DNA of 54,853 nucleotides, counting the filler, from Sphacelaria rigidula (lineage: Eukaryota): NCBI GenBank assembly GCA_964200075.2. It is 4 parts of 4 records of this genome, joined end to end, with 100 filler letters (N's around TTAATTAATTAA, not from the genome) between each part and the next. Parts side by side here need not be neighbours in the genome. Positions count along the whole stretch, not along the records: positions 41,218 to 54,853 come from CAXNAA020002755.1; 3 more parts are not named here. One strand, 5' to 3'. Position 1 is the stretch's first letter. Every line of letters starts with the position of its first letter. Below the pieces are notes generated by a model. The model made no database searches, was not told the origin of the DNA, and saw nothing but the letters and a program-made list of their open reading frames with translations. Both the position numbers and the translations under genes were made by a program. Shown here piece by piece: positions 51,101 to 54,853 of this stretch.

Positions 51101-53313
51101 CTTTTAGGGAACGGCTGTTGGGCACAACGGCCAAAGCGCCACCCTTACTGCACCAAACGGTTTGTCGCAGAGGGCCACCATCTCCGCCGCGCTTCGAGAC
51201 GCAGGGGTGCCCCCCAACCAGGTGAGTTGCGAGAGCTGTTTTTGACGAGAAGAGCATTCACGTGGATGCATCTAGCAAAACTCGATGGGCGCCGATGTCG
51301 AAAGGGGTTGTGGCCGAATCGAGAAAAAGGAAGGGGAGTCGATTTTTTTTTTTTTGTATCCATGCGTGTTGCTGTATGTAAAATGGAAGCACCAAATGCT
51401 TCGGGTCTTGAGAAAAGAGGGCATTGAGTCGGAAACGGCCCGGCGTTTGGTGATTCCCATGTGTTTGCGGCCGCCTTTGCGTGTGTGTGGGAGTGTGTGT
51501 CTTTTGTCCACGGCGAAATATATCCGGCGTTTGGGGGTTTTATTACCGTTCTGGGCAGCAGCACAGCATTCCCGTCGCGATTCAACCCTTTGGATACCAC
51601 ACAGCTGCGTGCATGTTTTGCAAGATATGTCCCGGACTATTCACTTCGTTTTGGATGTGAGGATTGGAGATGTATTCCGTTGGCGCGCAGAAATGAAGCT
51701 GCTTGCCCGCACGACCCTATCTCCTCTGCAACAGGGGCGCTCTGCTGCCCACACAGGGTTGTCCAGCACAAACAATGATGATATTGATATCAACGACCAG
51801 AGTCCTGTCGAACATGTAATGGTCTTTCTCCATTCGGGTGCGCATGTTGCGGGTGAAACAAGGTGACGAGGTACCCACACGTTGAGACCCGGGATGCCAC
51901 GTTGACCCTGGATCGACCATAGGGAAGATTTGAAAGGAAACTGACTTGGTCAAACCAAATTGCGCTAGTGAGGAAGGGTCTGGGGAATCACTTCATACGC
52001 GGTATGCTTTGTCGTTTGAGGGGGGGTGTTACTTAACAGAGAAGGCATTCTCAGCTGCAGCGTCGATACTACTCGTTTCGGAATTAAAGGTCGACCGGAG
52101 ATATTGTTCCGGGAAGAGGTCTGGTCCCCGAGGGGTTGCCGATTACTAGTAGATCGGGAGTGTCCGTACCATGATGTGTGCATTCTGGCGTTAGTGGTTT
52201 ATCGTTGGCAATTTATCTGCCTCGTTTTCTATGGAAACATTAAAGTACATGCACGTACTTGCAGGTGTGTCGGGATGAACCAAGACACGTGTACCCCAAA
52301 CATTAAAAGAGTCGGATTCTTATGGCACCGCATTCTTGAGCCCAGAAGTGTCGACGATTCGACCGTAAAACCAAGTATGGCGGACTGATTTTTTGTGTCG
52401 TATCGTATCTTGTTTCTCTCGTTTCGGAACTTCAATCACAGGTGTCGTACGTGGAGGCACACGGAACAGGGACGGCCCTGGGCGACCCGGTGGAATTCGG
52501 AGCGCTCGAGGCTGTCTACGGGAAGAACAGGTGAGACGTCTTCCGGTCGCGCCGTCCGCTGGTGCTGGTACTGCCCCATACCTTGTTATGATCCGGCCAC
52601 GCTTGATGATAGGTCAAATGTTGCATTTCTGCCTCTTTGGAGTTGAAATAAAACGTTTGTTAGCTTATCCGATGTCTTTTTCTTTCCTCCCCGTCGTTGC
52701 TACTGTGTCGATTATTTTCAGGGTTGCGGAAAGCCCGTTGGTCATCGGAGCTGTAAAGAGCAATATTGGGTAAGTGGGGACCCTGTAATTCGTATATATA
52801 TCTTCATTAAACACCGCAGACACGTCATCGGGTCATCATCCATTTGGGTTTGCAAACTCATGGTTGAACTGCGACTTTCTTGGCTTTGGTTGCGCTTGAT
52901 TATTTCTACACAGCCACAGTTTGACGACTAGACCCCCGTATGATTTAGATGATCAGCTGAAGTGAGTGCCTTGTGTTGTGGAGGCTCAACAGCGCTCTTC
53001 AAAAAGCTCTCGAGAAAAGACAGCATGATCTCCACTGTTGAGGCTGGTCCCCAATGCACATCCCTACATAGAGACGACCAGAGATGCACATAAAGGGATA
53101 AACACGGTGCCTACTTGTTGTTATTCTTGTCTTCCAGGCACCTGGAGGGCGCGGCAGGCATTTCCGGCCTCATCAAGACCATTCTCGTTCTCGCACACGG
53201 GGCGGCCCCGCCCAACCTGCACGCCTCTACGAGTGTAAACCCCAGAATTGATCTCAAGGCTCTGCCGGCTGTCCTCCCCGCGCCAGGAAAACTGACTCGT
53301 CTGTCGTCAACAG
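41605..53313 (+). CDS. Type I polyketide synthase, internal part: low-complexity linker - acyl carrier protein - ketosynthase; 11 exons, about 703 aa visible, partial at both ends
   Basis: Exons 41605-42159, 42720-42991, 43885-44061, 44846-45008, 46345-46490, 47925-48147, 50167-50313, 51108-51221, 52442-52530, 52722-52769, 53138-53313, all GT-AG and frame-consistent. [20 protein letters not shown] motifs [86 protein letters not shown]. Confidence 0.96.
42720..42991 (+). CDS. PKS exon: ACP core ([23 protein letters not shown]...)
   Basis: CCAG acceptor, GTAAGT donor; GxDS phosphopantetheinylation motif. Confidence 0.9.
43885..44061 (+). CDS. PKS exon: KS N-terminus ([39 protein letters not shown])
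   Basis: CCAG acceptor, GTGAGG donor; manual translation. Confidence 0.93.
44416..44610. mobile_element. MITE with about 21-bp TIRs, possibly Tc1/mariner-type (TA flanks)
   Basis: GAGGGTCCCAGTACAGTGCGG (44420) vs CCGCGCTGTACTTGGACCCTC (to 44606); TA on both sides 4 bp further out. Confidence 0.6.
44846..45008 (+). CDS. PKS KS exon (W...RGAFL...[25 protein letters not shown])
   Basis: CCAG acceptor, GT donor; MDPQQR motif. Confidence 0.93.
46345..46490 (+). CDS. PKS KS exon ([32 protein letters not shown]...)
   Basis: GCAG acceptor, AG|GT donor. Confidence 0.93.
47497..47631 (+). repeat. Family D copy (PKS intron)
   Basis: ATGTCGTTCTGTTCGAC ... GAGACCACGGGGGGTCAGTTCAAGTGCGACAATC. Confidence 0.72.
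47925..48147 (+). CDS. PKS KS exon with catalytic Cys (DTACSSS)
   Basis: ACAG acceptor, GTACGT donor. Confidence 0.95.
50167..50313 (+). CDS. PKS KS exon ([34 protein letters not shown]...)
   Basis: GCAG acceptor, GTAATG donor. Confidence 0.95.
50995..51004. other. Intra-scaffold gap (10 N) inside a PKS intron
   Basis: 10 N flanked by poly-C; KS reading frame is continuous across this intron. Confidence 0.9.
51108..51221 (+). CDS. PKS KS exon ([38 protein letters not shown])
   Basis: TTTTAG acceptor, GTGAGT donor. Confidence 0.93.
52442..52530 (+). CDS. PKS KS exon with first catalytic His ([19 protein letters not shown])
   Basis: ACAG acceptor, GTGAGA donor. Confidence 0.95.
52722..52769 (+). 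CDS. PKS KS 48-nt exon ([16 protein letters not shown])
   Basis: TTTTCAG acceptor, GTAAGT donor. Confidence 0.93.
53138..53313 (+). CDS. PKS KS exon with second catalytic His ([29 protein letters not shown])
   Basis: TTCCAG acceptor; 3' boundary at ACAG|GTGTGT is the best candidate but less certain. Confidence 0.9.
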
Positions 53314-53392
53314 GTGTGTACTGTGTACGGCGTCGTAGCACGCTCGTGCCAAGTCCAGCATATCATTGTAGAGGGCGCATGTGGATGTTTTT

Positions 53393-53536
53393 CACACCCT
53401 GGATAATGACGATATATTACATTGTCACAAAGTGTATTGCGTACAGTTTGGAATCTGTTGTCTATTCCAATAGACGCAATAGTCGATACCGTACGCAGTA
53501 CACTTTTTGGCAATATAATCTTTTGTGCAGCGTGTG
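53393..53536. mobile_element. hAT-type MITE, same family as 30826-30963, opposite orientation
   Basis: CACACCCTGGATAAT ... TTGTGCAGCGTGTG; perfect 8-bp TSD ATGTTTTT. Confidence 0.85.
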
Positions 53537-53874
53537 ATGTTTTTATAGTCGAGGGGCAGCTTTCATTAGACCGGTGCTATTCATCAGTAATTTCATACAG
53601 ATCACTCCATGATTTCATGGACGCATACAATATTACATGCGTACCGGGGAAATAAATTGTCTGTTTGTTTGTGATCTCTTGCTTCAGTAAATAATATATA
53701 AATAATATTAGTGTTGGAGTCATACTGGAAAGAGCGGTCCCTCTTGGTGCTCAGTTCACATTAATATTGGTGCAACTATCGGTCTACACAAAACAACCTG
53801 TTTTCTGTGATGGTACCGTTGGGACTACAATATCTTATAGAGCGCTGCTTTTGGAAGTATCGGTAGCATTTGAT

Positions 53875-54133
53875 CACACGTCGGACAGATCATGATCTGT
53901 CTGAAAATTACTTCTCCTCAGTATAGTGATCCGGATCATGACCCGTATCATCTGACCCCACTTTTCCATGTTCACTCCTAACGGTGCCGGACGCTGAGCA
54001 TGCCGAGTAGTGCAAAGGTTGCGCTTTGGCTTTACTGACTCCGCTGTCACATATTTTGTGTTTTTGGACCAACGGACTCGAGAGTCTTCTTTCGTAAGTT
54101 GTTTCAGACAGATCATGATCTGTCCGACGTATG
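53875..54133. mobile_element. hAT-type MITE (259 bp)
   Basis: TIR CA(C/T)ACGTCGGACAGATCATGATCTGTCTGAAA; perfect 8-bp TSD CATTTGAT at 53867-53874 and 54134-54141. Confidence 0.92.
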
Positions 54134-54749
54134 CATTTGATATATGATGGATCATTGCTTGGTGTTCGTCGTGCGCAGTTTACATTCGTGTTCTCTCACC
54201 TCTGAAGGTATTGTGTGTGTGATGTCGTTCCTCCTATTCTGGACGCCGGTCTATACCAGTGAGGAGATTATATTGATCGCAAAGCGTGTGGATGACTGAA
54301 CCAACTCTGTACGTTGACCAAATCAGAAGTGGCAGATGCCCTCGCACAGTAGGAGCTAGGAGAGCTTCTCTTGCTGGCCGTCGTGCCGCGAAACTGATTC
54401 CGGAAAGGAATAAAAAAATCGTTGTCCTGGATCACAGCTTTCCCCCCTCAGCACTTGCTCCAATAAGAAAGACCAGACGCAATTAGTACGGCAGATTGTT
54501 TTCCTCGGTGCTTGGTATATGAACCCTCACGTATTCCTCCGCCGCTTCGGCCTGGCTTTCCCCTCGATGGGGTTGTTCTCGGTTGGCGATGACGCTGTAA
54601 AACACACCTCTCACTGCGTGAGCGAGCCAACCATGTTACCAATTGTTTTGCGCGCTTGCGTGTTTTTTGCAGTAATCATGATGATAGTCAAGCTAGATCA
54701 TATTGTGTGGGGGGGGAAGACCTCAACTCCGCGCAATCGCGATGATCGT

Positions 54750-54853
54750 ACCACGTAGTGTTTCAATAGTAAGGCACCCAGGAGGCAGTGTCTAAGCCGT
54801 GACTGTCTCAGGAAGTGGCGATACCAGACAAGAAAGCAACTCATTGTAGGCTG
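54750..54853. repeat. Family A copy truncated by window end
   Basis: GAGGCAGTGTCTAAGCCGTGACTGTCTCAGGAAGTGGCGATA matches 29622-29665. Confidence 0.7.

Noticed and set aside
34642-53313. Apparent divergent ABCG transporter + PKS biosynthetic gene cluster
   Set aside because: The genes are on different scaffolds joined by a synthetic spacer, and both lack 5' parts that cannot fit between them; the adjacency is an artefact.

Overview
Eukaryotic, intron-rich, repeat-rich genomic DNA. Gene architecture (short exons, introns mostly 0.4-2.8 kb) suggests a photosynthetic stramenopile, most likely a brown alga; this is an inference. The window is NOT one contiguous locus. It is four fragments of almost identical length (1-13639, 13740-27378, 27479-41117, 41218-54853 = 13639/13639/13639/13636 bp) joined by artificial 100-bp spacers (44 N + TTAATTAATTAA + 44 N), as expected for size-sorted unplaced scaffolds concatenated together. 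Each fragment holds one partial multi-exon gene that I spliced by hand with frame-consistent junctions: (1) a CbbY-family HAD phosphatase (minus, 6 exons, 5' end missing); (2) a large unknown protein with helical islands in low-complexity sequence (minus, 7 exons, 1365 aa visible, 5' end missing); (3) membrane-domain exons of an ABCG transporter (minus, 4 exons, one probable GC-AG intron); (4) part of an intron-rich type I polyketide synthase, linker-ACP-KS with intact Cys/His/His triad (plus, 11 exons, both ends outside the fragment). The PKS is the most interesting biology. Non-coding DNA carries tRNA-headed SINEs, hAT-type MITEs with 8-bp TSDs, foldback elements, a head-to-tail Helitron-like tandem and several dispersed repeat families. 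Exon coordinates are read to the base; repeat boundaries without TIR/TSD are approximate.
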